A stretch of DNA of 40,872 nucleotides from an uncultured Clostridia bacterium (GTDB lineage Bacteria > Bacillota > Clostridia > TANB77 > CAG-508): positions 1-40,872 of the forward strand of contig CAMVKF010000002.1 in assembly GCA_947168035.1 (NCBI GenBank). Direction: 5' to 3'. Below, piece after piece: positions 18,299 through 28,472 of the stretch. The translations under genes were made by a program, and so were the position numbers. Below the pieces are notes generated by a model. That model saw only the letters and a list, made by a program, of their open reading frames with translations. It did no database searches and had not been told where the DNA came from. The number at the start of each line of letters is the position of its first letter. Position 1 is the first letter of the stretch.

Positions 18299-19420
18299 TT
18301 AGTTTTCTATTAAGCCAAAACCTGTTGATATAAATCTGGTTTTGTGTGCACCTGTACTGTCTATTGGGTCATTAATTAATTCATAATTTACTGTCATTGC
18401 AGTTGAAGTACCTCCATCAAGGTTTGCCGCATTTACAGCTCCATAGTTTTGCATTATTTCTATTAGGTCATCCATATCAGCACCTTGTCTTCCGACCATT
18501 CTTCCATCTATAACTAAAAATAAAACTATTCCGTCCTTTCTTTGTCCTATTGCTGTACGTGGTGCTGTTCCCCAGCCACCATTTCCAACAACTTTGGAAG
18601 CATTGCCATTTACAATTAAAAATGGACCACATGTTACAGCATCACGTATTTTAAGTCTTTCAGCTTCACTTTCAGTACATTTTGAAGATAAAACAAGTTT
18701 ATCATTTTTATCAAATCCTATTATTCCTCCTGCTCCAGCATAATAGTATGATGTGATTTTTTCTCCTTTTGAATATGTAATACCTAATGGATTTGCAGCA
18801 TTGCTACTATAACCTGGGTCATCAAATCCACCACCATTTATAGCCACAACTGCTTTATTATTTTTTGCCATTGTTGTTAAATATTGACCACTTTTTCCAA
18901 TTTTACCTGTAACTAGAGTTTTAACTTTTGATGGATCATATATTACTGCTAAATAGCCACTATATCCTTTTCCAGATATTTTAATTATTTTATATGTATC
19001 TGTACTATTTTCTTTTTCTAAAATTGCTTTTTCATACTCATTTTCGTATTTTTCGCTTTTAAAACCTACAACTATTGCATTTGTATCTGTTTCTTCATCT
19101 CTCTCTTCTACTCTATTACTAGCCATTATTGTATTTACTGTGTCTTCACTATAAAATACATAAGCTATCCATTGGTGTCTCATAGTAGTCATTGCTGTTG
19201 TAATTAGCCAAGTTCTAAATCCCTCATATGGTCCATACAGTAATACCCCTAAACCACTCGCTCCTATAAAAAATAATATACATACTGTTATAAAAATCGT
19301 TTTAAAAATACTTTTTTTCTTTTTATTTTGCTTTACTTCTTTTTTACCCTTGTTTACACTGTTTTTTCTAAGTGCTTTTGGTATTTCTTCTTCTTCTATT
19401 TTTCCAAATATTTGATTCAT
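18299..19420 (-). CDS. Membrane-anchored phosphodiester glycosidase-like protein (DUF2233-like)
   Basis: 373 aa with an N-terminal TM helix. The C-terminal region ...INGGGFDD...PRTAIGQRKDG...DGR...GADMDD...NLDGGTS is typical of this family, by recall. Confidence 0.7.
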   Translation of the reverse strand: MNQIFGKIEEEEIPKALRKNSVNKGKKEVKQNKKKKSIFKTIFITVCILFFIGASGLGVLLYGPYEGFRTWLITTAMTTMRHQWIAYVFYSEDTVNTIMASNRVEERDEETDTNAIVVGFKSEKYENEYEKAILEKENSTDTYKIIKISGKGYSGYLAVIYDPSKVKTLVTGKIGKSGQYLTTMAKNNKAVVAINGGGFDDPGYSSNAANPLGITYSKGEKITSYYYAGAGGIIGFDKNDKLVLSSKCTESEAERLKIRDAVTCGPFLIVNGNASKVVGNGGWGTAPRTAIGQRKDGIVLFLVIDGRMVGRQGADMDDLIEIMQNYGAVNAANLDGGTSTAMTVNYELINDPIDSTGAHKTRFISTGFGLIEN

Positions 19421-19533
19421 TTATTTTTTCCTTTCGTTTTCTTATTTAGTTTTATTATATGATTTCTTAAAATTTTTTTATTATACTACCGCCTATAAAG
19501 GATACAGCATTTACTCTTTTATTTCAATATTTT

Positions 19534-20457
19534 TCACAAAAATTTTACACAATTTTCTAACAATTTGATTTTTTTTGTTTTTTGTGTATCAATCATTGCT
19601 TTTGTGCCTATTGGAATTACTGTCTTTTTTTCTGTGTGTCCAAAGTAATTTGATTTTATAATTGGAAAATTTACTTTTTCACCAATAGTATCTAAAACTA
19701 TTTGCTCTAATGTAATTTTAGATTCATGCTCATAATTTCCAAGCCAAAGTCCTTTTATTTTATCAAACACACCATTCTGTTTCATATAATATAGATGGTT
19801 TGAAACAAGACTTGGTTCACTTTCTAATGCAAATTCTTCTAAAAATAATATTTTATCTTTAAAGTCTAAACTATACTTTCCGCAAGTCAAACCATAAATT
19901 AGGCTTAAATTCCCACCTATTAATGTTCCAGTAGCTTTGCCTTCTTTTATAGTTATATCTTCATCATCTTGTAATCCTAAATTTAAACTTAAATTTACAA
20001 ATCTATTTAAGACTTCATTTAAACTATAATCTGTTTCATCTGTAGCCACTGTTTTAAAATTTGTACTACTAAATGTAACTAAATCTGTTTTTTGGTATAT
20101 TACATTTGTTATCGAATTCGCATCACTATAACCACATATTATTTTAGGATTTTTCTTTATTGCTTCATAATCCAAATAATCAAAAACTGAGTTAGAGTTT
20201 TCGCCTCCTTTTGCACACCATATCATTTTTACTTCTTTATCTTTAAACATTGAATTTAAATCTTCTGCTTTTTGTGTAGCTGTTGCCGAATATTTATTTG
20301 TATTCGAAAATAGATTTTTTGAATATTTTACTTTAAAACCTTTTGACTCAATAATTTTTCTTGCTTGGTTTAATTCTTCTATATTATCTCCAACTATTGG
20401 ATTTGATGGTGCTACAATACCTATTGTATCACCTATATTTAATTTTTGTGGTAACAT
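19534..20457 (-). CDS. ldcA: LD-carboxypeptidase (peptidase S66)
   Basis: 307 aa with GDTIGIVAPSNPI at the N-terminus, GYSDANSITN (Ser nucleophile context) and a C-terminal FGHT motif. Confidence 0.8.
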   Translation of the reverse strand: MLPQKLNIGDTIGIVAPSNPIVGDNIEELNQARKIIESKGFKVKYSKNLFSNTNKYSATATQKAEDLNSMFKDKEVKMIWCAKGGENSNSVFDYLDYEAIKKNPKIICGYSDANSITNVIYQKTDLVTFSSTNFKTVATDETDYSLNEVLNRFVNLSLNLGLQDDEDITIKEGKATGTLIGGNLSLIYGLTCGKYSLDFKDKILFLEEFALESEPSLVSNHLYYMKQNGVFDKIKGLWLGNYEHESKITLEQIVLDTIGEKVNFPIIKSNYFGHTEKKTVIPIGTKAMIDTQKTKKIKLLENCVKFL

Positions 20458-20525
20458 TATTTTCTCCTTTTATTATTACAGTTATATAAAATGCAGTCCT
20501 TTTGGACGCCAAAACTCAATTATTT

Positions 20526-21347
20526 TCAAACTATCTCAATCATTGCAGTTGCTAACCCATAAGATGCTCCTTCTGCTCTAAAAGAATGAATTATATCTTT
20601 ATTACAAACTGAGCATAACATAGAATCTTCTATATTTTGTGGTAAAATTCCTGCTTGCTCTAATATTTTTTTATTTATTAATACTGTATCTATTTTCCAC
20701 TTGCTTCCATCTTGCACTATAAATTCATCTACATTTCCTAATTTTTTAAATTGATTATAAAACATCTCATACACTTCATTATCTACTTCAAAGTGACATT
20801 GCCTTATACTTGGAAGTATGCAAACTATTATATCCCTAGGGTTGCATCCATAATCATTTTCCATTTTGTTTACTGTTTTTACAGAAATTTCCTGCAGCGT
20901 TCCTTTCCATCCTGAATGTGTATTTGCAATTACTTTTTTCACAGGGTCAAAAAATAAAAACAAAATACAATCTGCATTTGTAGTTGTAAGAATTATATTT
21001 TTCTTATTTGTAATTAGGCTATCTGCATTTTGAGTAGTATCTATTGTAGCTGATTTTTCTATATTTTCAATATTTAAAATATTATCTGTATGAGCTTGCC
21101 TAGCTTTTACTATATTTTTATAGTCCATTTTATTTGCTTCACACAAAGTTTTATAATTATTAAGATTATTTTCATAATCTGCTTTTAAAAGCTCTGTTCC
21201 ATCAGGATTAAATGTTCTATAAGTTTTATCTAACCCTAGTGAATAACAATGTGATATAATATCAGAATATTCTAATAATTTTCTAAATTGTAAGAATTCT
21301 TGCGTCTTTTCTTCTTTATGCACAACTTTCTCATTTGATAAATTCAT
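20526..21347 (-). CDS. pgeF: Peptidoglycan editing factor PgeF / YfiH (laccase-domain, DUF152) protein
   Basis: TNADCILFLFFDP...NTHSGWKGT...C...H motifs. The start is re-set to MNLSNEK (21347) because aaaaggaga lies 7 nt upstream. The 30-codon extension in the track runs through a hairpin and has no RBS. Confidence 0.8.
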   Translation of the reverse strand: MNLSNEKVVHKEEKTQEFLQFRKLLEYSDIISHCYSLGLDKTYRTFNPDGTELLKADYENNLNNYKTLCEANKMDYKNIVKARQAHTDNILNIENIEKSATIDTTQNADSLITNKKNIILTTTNADCILFLFFDPVKKVIANTHSGWKGTLQEISVKTVNKMENDYGCNPRDIIVCILPSIRQCHFEVDNEVYEMFYNQFKKLGNVDEFIVQDGSKWKIDTVLINKKILEQAGILPQNIEDSMLCSVCNKDIIHSFRAEGASYGLATAMIEIV

Positions 21348-21477
21348 AATTTTAATTATCTCCTTTTGGCGGGCGATTAAAATCGCCCCTACGTTTTTTT
21401 TTTTTGATATTCTACTATATATATTAATAAAAAGCAACTAGAAAGTTCCAAGAACTTTCCAAATATATAATTATAAA

Positions 21478-21686
21478 GTTTCAATTCACAGCTAAAATTA
21501 TTAGAAGTCCGCGCCAGTGATTAATATATAATTTTTATGAGGACCGGGGTGTGCAAGGCTGTTCAATGATTTCCAAAAGTCCGTAAGGACTTTTGTCGAA
21601 ATCATTAGAATAGGCAGGACGATTAAAAATTATATATTAATCACATTAGGCAGGACTAGTAAAACTTAAGAACTGTGAATTGTAAC
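21478..21686. repeat. Palindromic intergenic element B (cacagc arms + ttaatatata layer + unique GC-rich hairpin core)
   Basis: Left end: gtttcaattcacagctaaaattattagaagtccgcgccagtgattaatatataattttta. Right end (reverse complement): gttacaattcacagttcttaagttttactagtcctgcctaatgtgattaatatataattttta. The core contains caatgatttccaaaagtcc-gtaa-ggacttttgtcgaaatcatt. It abuts the stop codon at 21688. Confidence 0.8.
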
Positions 21687-21687
21687 A

Positions 21688-22065
21688 CTACAAAACTAAT
21701 AAAACAATAAATAATACTATTGTGATTAATATACTGTATATTTTTAATTTTTTATATTTTTTTGTTAAATATTTATCTTGTTTTTGTTTATCTTTATTTT
21801 CTACACTATTTATATAATTTGAAATAACACTTTCCGCTTCTCTTATTATATAATTATTATCTTTTGTTTGTTTATCTTTACTTTTTATAAAATCTTTTTT
21901 GTCTATGTATTGTATTTTTCTAGCATATTTATTTGGCTTTAAAATAAGAATTGCCTCATCTATTAGGTTTGATGGTAAATTTTTTAATATTACCATATTT
22001 TTCATTTGGCTTTTCTCCATAAGTTCCTCCTTAAAACATTTATCTGTATTTAGATTTTGACCCAA
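21688..22065 (-). CDS. Hypothetical protein with a C-terminal TM anchor
   Basis: 125-aa ORF with a Lys-rich middle and a C-terminal IYSILITIVLFIVLLVL. I recognise no family. Confidence 0.45.
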   Translation of the reverse strand: MGQNLNTDKCFKEELMEKSQMKNMVILKNLPSNLIDEAILILKPNKYARKIQYIDKKDFIKSKDKQTKDNNYIIREAESVISNYINSVENKDKQKQDKYLTKKYKKLKIYSILITIVLFIVLLVL

Positions 22066-22128
22066 AATTTAACTTCTATACATTAAAAAATAAGAAAAAT
22101 CAAAGATTTTTCTTATTTTTTAATTCAT

Positions 22129-25100
22129 TTAATTGTTTTGTTTTAGTTGCATTGAAAGAAGTTTTGAAATTCCTTTTTCTTCCATTGTTACACCATATAC
22201 TGTATCTGCAACTTCCATTGTTCCTTTTCTGTGAGTTATTACTAAGAACTGTGTTTGCATAGCAAATTTTTTTAAAAATAAAGCATATCTATTTACATTA
22301 ACATCATCTAATGCTGCTTCTATTTCATCTAAAACGCAAAATGGTGCTGGGTTCATTTTTAAAATACTAAATAATAATGCAATTGCAGTAAAGGCTCTTT
22401 CTCCACCTGAAAGTAATGCCATACTTTGCAACTTCTTTCCTGGTGGCTGAGCAATTATGTCTATTCCACACTCTAAAATATTACCTTCATCTTGAAGAAC
22501 AATTTTTGCTTCTCCTCCACCAAATAATTCTTTAAATGTTTCGCCAAAATTTTTATTAATAATTTGCATTTTTTCTTTAAATTGAACCTTCATTTTTTCT
22601 GTTATCTCTGAAATTACATTTCTTAATTTTGACATAGTATTCTCTAGGTCAACCCTTTGCTCACACATAAAGTCATATCTTTGTTTTAAAGTTTTATATT
22701 CTTCTATTGAATCTACATTTATACTTCCAAGTGCCTTTAAGTCTCCCCTTAAATTATTTACTATTTTTGTTGCTTTAGATATATTAGTTGGTTTTTCAAA
22801 TCCTTCTATATTGTTTGGTGTTAATTCATATTCATCCCATAGAAGAGTTATTAAATTATTCAAATCATCTTCTAGCTTATTTTTCTTAACATCTTGTTTA
22901 ATAATTTGCTCTTTTAAATCTTCAATTATTTTAAATTCATCAACTTCATCTTGCTCAATTGTTTTTAAGTTTTCATTTATTTTTATTCTTTCTTCTTTCA
23001 TTTTTTCGATGTTTTTGCTTGATTTACTTACATTTTCCTTAAGTTCTTCGATTTGTTTTTTATAATCTTCAATATTTTTAAGTAAATTTATCTTTTCTTC
23101 TTCCATTTGTTTAATTTGTTTTTGTTTAACATCAATATTATTTTTTTGTATATCTATTTGACTTTTTAACATTTCTGTCATTTCATTTATAGAATTTTCA
23201 CTCTCATTAAATGAAGAAACTGAAATTTTAAGGTTTGTAATATCAAAATTTAAATCATCTACTTCTTTTTGAATATCTTTATTTGTAAATGAGAATTCAT
23301 CTATTATCTTTTTCAAATTTAGGCTTTGGCTTTCTATTTCCTCTTTTTGTTTATTTTTTTCTTCAATTTGTTTTATAAAATCTTGCCTTGTAATTTCTAA
23401 TTCTTGTTTTTCTTTTTTAAATTTGTTTAAATTTATTGTGGTCTTTTCTATTAATTCATTAATATTATCTACTTTTTGTTTTTCAACATTATATTTAATT
23501 TCTATTGTTTGAAAAGTATTTTTTAATATATTTTCTTTTTCAATTAACAAATTAAAATCTTTTAAAATATTATTTTTTTTATTTTTAAGAATTTCTATTT
23601 GTTTTTTAATATTTGTTGTTTCTTGCAATAAATTTTCTATTTGTTTGCTTCTACCTAAAATATTTACAGTTTTCTTATTTACAGAGCCTCCAGACATTGA
23701 ACCCGCAGGGTTTATAATATCTCCATCTAAGGTAACTATTCTAAATGCATACCCATTTTCTTTAGCAATTTTTATTGCATTTTCTGTATTTTTTGCGATT
23801 ACAGTTCTTCCAAGTAAATATTCTATAATTCCTATATATTTTTTGTCATATTTAATTAAATCAGATGCAATTCCAATAAAACCTTCTTTTTTGCCTTTTA
23901 TTTTATCTATTTTTTTACCATTTATTGTAGACATTGGCAAAAATGTTGCTCTACCTAAATTTTTCTCTCGTAAATATTCAATTAACCTTTTTGCATCATT
24001 TTCGTTTTCAGTAATTATATTTTGCATCGAGCCTCCAAGTGCCATTTCTATTGCAGTTTCTAAATCACTTGGAACATCTATAAGTTCAGCTACTGCACCT
24101 TCTACATTTTTCCCTAATTCTTTATTTTTACCACATTCTTGTAAAAGTAATTTTACACTTTTTTGGTATCCTTCTTTTTCTTTCTCAGTTTCTACTAAGA
24201 ATTTATGTTTTGTTTCTTTAAAATTTAATTCTTGTGTGTAATTATTAATTTTTATATCAAGTTCTTTTATTTTTTTCTCAAACTCATTTTTTTCATTTAA
24301 GATTTCTTCTACATTTTTTTCTATATCATTTTTACTTTTTTGAATCTCATTAAAACCTTTAACAATATCTTCTTTTTCGAATTTTTTATTATCTACATCA
24401 AGAATATAATTTGAAATTTCATTTTCTATTTGTGCTGCTCTTTTTTTATTATTTTCTACATTTACTTTAAACTCATTTATTTGGTTTTCTATCTCATATT
24501 TTAAATCTACATTTTTTTCTAAAGTACGTTTATTTTCTTCTATTTCTAAAGCTTTTGCAGATAATGTTTTATTTATTTCATCTAATCTACTTTGCTTTTC
24601 ATTTAGTTCGTTTTCATATTTTTTCTTATTTTCGGTTAAGTTGCCTTTTTTACTTAATTTTACATTTATTTCTTCTTCAGTACTTAATATTTTTTTATTT
24701 ATTTCATCAATTTCCTCTTGAAATCTTTTTTTATTTTCCTCATTATTTTCAATTTTACTTTGAGAAATATTTATATTAGAATTTAAACTTTCAATTTCTT
24801 GCTTGCTCGTAAAATCAATATTTTTCGTTTTTTCAATTTCTAAAGTTAAACTCTCTGTTTTATTTTTAAATTCTTCTTTTTTTTCTTTTATTTCTTTTAA
24901 TTTTTGTTCTTCAATATTATATGTATCTTGTAAAATACTACTATCTTCTTCAATCTTTTTTAATTGAATTTTAAAATTTTCTATATTATATACAAAAAGA
25001 CCTACTTCTATATTTTTTAATTCTTGTTTTAAATCTAGATATTTTTTTGCTTTTTCACTTTGAGCTTTTAATGGCTCTAAATTAGTTTCAATTTCGCATA

Positions 25101-25684
25101 TTATATCATTTACTCTTAAAACATTTAATTTTGTACGTTCTAATTTTTTTTCAGACTCTTCTTTTCTTGTTTTAAATTTTACAATTCCTGAAGCCTCTTC
25201 AAATACATTTCTTCTATCTTCAGATTTATTACTTAGTATTTCATCAATTTTACCTTGTCCAATTATAGAATATCCGGTCTTTTCCTATTCCTGTATCCAT
25301 AAATAATTCTAAAATATCTTTATGCCTGCATTGTGTTTTATTTATAAAATAGCCAGATTCTCCGCTTCTATATATTCTTCTTGTAACAATTACTTCTTCA
25401 TATTCTATTGGAAGCTTTCCATCTTGATTATCAAATACTAAAGAAGCTTCTGCAAAGCCTAGTGATTTCCTATTTTGTGTTCCTGCAAATATAATATCTA
25501 AAGACTTTCCACCTCTTAATTCCTTCATACTTTGCTCGCCTAAAACCCAGCGAATAGCATCTGCAATATTACTTTTTCCAGAACCATTTGGACCAATTAC
25601 TCCTGTTATTCCTGGCATAAATTCTAATACTGTTTTATCTGCAAAAGACTTAAATCCTTGCAATTCTAACCTTTTTAAGTACAT
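22129..25684 (-). CDS. smc: Chromosome partition protein SMC, interrupted by a +1 frame break at in-frame CGG (25274-25276)
   Basis: The N-terminal head has MYLKRLELQGFKSF and GPNGSGKSN. The zero frame reads gga aaa gac CGG ata ... and stops after 9 codons. Skipping the C gives GIGKD-G-YSIIGQGKIDEILSNKSEDRR. That frame is open with no stop all the way to 22129; I translated 24045-25275 by hand. It covers the coiled coil, the hinge, LSGGERAFTAIALLF and Walker B CVLDEIEAALD. Confidence 0.95.
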
Positions 25685-25827
25685 CTTTTTCTCCTTTTTT
25701 TATTTTTCACATTAAATTCACAAAATGGACAAATTAGTATTGTATATTATATTTAGTTAATTAAGGAAATTAACTTAAAAACATCCCCTTTTATTTTCTT
25801 AAAATAGAGAAGTGATCCACTTCTCTA

Positions 25828-26679
25828 TTATTTTATAATTACCAAATCCATTTCACTTGTGGCTTCCTTATTTCCATATGGATAAACAATATATAAATAT
25901 CCGTTTTCCCCTAGAAAAAAGTAATTTGCATTTTCAACTTTATATTCTTCTGATTTTGAATCTCTGACATTTACATCATAATTAAGCTCTTTTAACTTTA
26001 TATTTTGTTCTTGAGATTTATCAATTTCATCTTTTATTTTACTATTTGCAACATTTTCTTCTATGTTATTTTTTTGTAATAAAACATCTATATCTACTAC
26101 TTTATTATTTTCCAAATCATAATTAAATGTTTGTATAACTATTCTTTGGCTTTTTTCGCCTTCTTTTAATTCTGAAAGAACTACTAAAGATAAAATATTA
26201 TTATTCTCGTATGCTTTATACCTAACATTGTATATTATCTTATCATCTGTTTTTGAGTTCTCTACACTTTGTGCTTTATCTTTAAATACATCGCGAATTT
26301 TTAAAGTGATTTTTTTTGCTTCCTCTGAATTTATATTAAACCCCGGTATTTCAACATCCATACTATATGTTTTTTCTTGTTTTTCTATACTGTATGTTGG
26401 TAAAACCAAATCCAAATCTTTTTTTATTTTATTAACATTTCCTTCATATTTTGATATAGTTGTTATGTCATTTGTAAATATGCTAAAAAAATCTTCTTTT
26501 AATTGATTTATTTCTTCATCATCTTCTTTTGAAGTTATGCCAAAAATAATTCCCATTTTTTCATCTTTAAAATATTGTGTATATACTGCAATACCAATTG
26601 CTATTATGCAAATAATAATTATTACAATATAAACAATATGTCTTACACTAAACTTGTTTTTCTCAATAACTGGTCTCAT
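25828..26679 (-). CDS. Hypothetical membrane-anchored protein (possibly DUF4163/DUF3298-like)
   Basis: 283 aa with an N-terminal TM helix. The domain call is a weak recollection only. Confidence 0.55.
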   Translation of the reverse strand: MRPVIEKNKFSVRHIVYIVIIIICIIAIGIAVYTQYFKDEKMGIIFGITSKEDDEEINQLKEDFFSIFTNDITTISKYEGNVNKIKKDLDLVLPTYSIEKQEKTYSMDVEIPGFNINSEEAKKITLKIRDVFKDKAQSVENSKTDDKIIYNVRYKAYENNNILSLVVLSELKEGEKSQRIVIQTFNYDLENNKVVDIDVLLQKNNIEENVANSKIKDEIDKSQEQNIKLKELNYDVNVRDSKSEEYKVENANYFFLGENGYLYIVYPYGNKEATSEMDLVIIK

Positions 26680-26696
26680 TAAACTTAAAATTCCTC

Positions 26697-27191
26697 CTAG
26701 TCATTTGTAGTATTATGTTTAAATAATTTTTTAAACAACTCAATAATTTTGTTTTTTATAATTTCATACCATTTTAAATCTTTATGTATAGTTGGTAATA
26801 GGCTATTTTCTTCACTATTAATTTTTGTTTCTTCATTTAAATTATCTTCTTCTGTGATGCCTTTTTCCTCTTGTTGTTTTTCCTCAGTAATTTCTTCTAC
26901 CTTAGGTTGCTCTTCTTCTATTTTTTCTTTATTTAATTCTTCTTGAGATTCCTCGGTTTCTTCATTCCAATATTTCATTGCAATCCAAGATAAAATAGAA
27001 TATGTTTCTGGCTCTAATTTTTGTTCATCTAAAGGTATCTCTTTAGAAATTACTGGCTTATACTCTGGGTTTGCCTTAGATTTTAGTACTTCTAGCATTT
27101 CTATTGGCAATGCCTCTAGTTTTTTTTCATCATCTACTAGTTTTAAAATTTCTATTACTTCTGAATATGCATTTTTATTTTCTTCGTTCAT
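26697..27191 (-). CDS. Hypothetical acidic protein
   Basis: 164-aa Glu-rich ORF with a TAG stop. I recognise no family. Confidence 0.5.
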   Translation of the reverse strand: MNEENKNAYSEVIEILKLVDDEKKLEALPIEMLEVLKSKANPEYKPVISKEIPLDEQKLEPETYSILSWIAMKYWNEETEESQEELNKEKIEEEQPKVEEITEEKQQEEKGITEEDNLNEETKINSEENSLLPTIHKDLKWYEIIKNKIIELFKKLFKHNTTND

Positions 27192-27228
27192 TTGTACTTC
27201 TCCTTTATTTAAGATTTGCTCAATCTCC

Positions 27229-27290
27229 CACTATTCACAGCTTTTAATTATATCTAGTCCTGCTAACTCCCAAAACTTTTTATTTATTTT
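27229..27290. repeat. Solo arm of the cacagc-type palindromic element (element D)
   Basis: cactattcacagcttttaattatatctagtcctgctaactcccaaaactttttattta closely matches the left arm of element A (caatcacagctttcaagtttatctagtcctgcaacggtcaaaactttttatttta). No partner arm is present. Its end overlaps the tatD stop codon. Confidence 0.7.
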
Positions 27291-28078
27291 AAAAAAAGTG
27301 TTTCTGCATTTGCGTAGGTTGCTTTTGCTATTGCTTCTGGTTCAGTTTTTCTGAATTCTGCAATTTTTTGTACAATATATTTTAAGTTACTTGAGTCATT
27401 TCTAGTTCCTCTAAATGGTTCTGGAGCTAAATATGGTGAATCTGTTTCTATTAGGATTTTATCTATTGGAACCATATTTACTATATTTTCAGCATTTTTT
27501 GAATTTTTAAATGTACATGTCCCACCAAAAGCTATATATAACCCTTCATCTACTCCATGCCTTACAAGTTCATTATTAAATGGACAACAATGTAATACCC
27601 CTGATTTTTTTATTTTTATATTTCTAATTATTCCTATTGTATCATCTATAGAATCTCGAGTATGAATTGAAACAGGTAAATTAAGTTCATTTGCAATTTC
27701 AATTTGCTTTATAAAAGCCTTTTTTTGTAATTCTTTTGTGTCTTTTCTCCAATAATAGTCTAACCCAATTTCACCAATTGCAACTATTTTTTTGTTATTT
27801 TGTGCTAATTTTTTAATTTCATCTATTGTTTTCCACAGTTCATCTTCAGTTTGTGGAATATCTTCTGGGTGAAGCCCTGAAGATGCATATATAAAACTAT
27901 TTTCATTTGCAATTTCAATTGCTTTTTTTGTTGTTTCAATATTTGTTCCAATACATATACATTTTGTAACTCCAGCCTCATATATTTTTTTTATTATTTT
28001 ATCTCTATCTAAATCAAATTTTTCATCATCTAAATGCATATGACTATCAAAATATTCCAAATCTTTCTTTCCCTTCAT
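27284..28078 (-). CDS. tatD: TatD-family metal-dependent hydrolase
   Basis: 264 aa with FDSHMHLD at the N-terminus, GEIGLDY, HTRD and ETDSPYL motifs. Confidence 0.9.
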   Translation of the reverse strand: MKGKKDLEYFDSHMHLDDEKFDLDRDKIIKKIYEAGVTKCICIGTNIETTKKAIEIANENSFIYASSGLHPEDIPQTEDELWKTIDEIKKLAQNNKKIVAIGEIGLDYYWRKDTKELQKKAFIKQIEIANELNLPVSIHTRDSIDDTIGIIRNIKIKKSGVLHCCPFNNELVRHGVDEGLYIAFGGTCTFKNSKNAENIVNMVPIDKILIETDSPYLAPEPFRGTRNDSSNLKYIVQKIAEFRKTEPEAIAKATYANAETLFLK

Positions 28079-28449
28079 TTATATAATACTGTTACATTTG
28101 CAACTGCGTATTCTTTGCAATGTGAAATACTAACATCTATATTTTCTATTAATTGATTCTTTAGACAAAGAATTTCTACTTTAGGCCTACCATTTGTATC
28201 ATTTGTTGTTTCAATATCTTTCCAGGTAATTGAATACTTATCTTTTATTTCTTCTGAAATTGCCTTAAATGCTGCTTCTTTTACTGCAAATCTTGCAGCA
28301 AAATGAGGATACATCATTTTCCCCTTATTTTTACAATATTCAATTTCTTTCTTTGTAAAAACTTTATTTATAAAACTTTCTCCCAAATTTTCTATACTAT
28401 CTTGAATTCTAGAAATTTCGATTATATCTATTCCACATTTGATTTTCAT
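28075..28449 (-). CDS. acpS: Holo-[acyl-carrier-protein] synthase
   Basis: 124 aa with GIDIIEISRI and FAAKEAAFKA-like (RFAVKEAAFKA) motifs. It overlaps tatD by 4 nt. Confidence 0.9.
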   Translation of the reverse strand: MKIKCGIDIIEISRIQDSIENLGESFINKVFTKKEIEYCKNKGKMMYPHFAARFAVKEAAFKAISEEIKDKYSITWKDIETTNDTNGRPKVEILCLKNQLIENIDVSISHCKEYAVANVTVLYK

Positions 28450-28472
28450 AAATAATTGCTCCTTATGTAATT

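Noticed and set aside
21369-21392. ggcgggcgattaaaatcgcccc hairpin next to the pgeF RBS, considered as a riboswitch or attenuator.
   Set aside because: It is only a 6-8 bp stem. On the plus strand it is followed by a T-run and on the minus strand it is preceded by an A-run. It is most simply a terminator for antisense or convergent transcription, with no conserved riboswitch features I can recognise.
21348-21437. N-terminal extensions given by the ORF track for pgeF (to 21437), Fic (to 32199) and the PrgI-like gene (to 33557).
   Set aside because: In each case a strong Shine-Dalgarno sequence precedes an internal start (21347, 32154, 33521). The extensions also run through hairpin or repeat sequence.
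8935-26699. Stop-codon reassignment (code 4 or 25-like TGA, or TAG reassignment) as an explanation for the broken genes.
   Set aside because: All three stop codons terminate well-supported ORFs at the expected lengths: TGA ends rnhB at 8935-8937, TAG ends the ORFs at 16386 and 26697, and TAA ends most others. Long ORFs are intact under the standard code.
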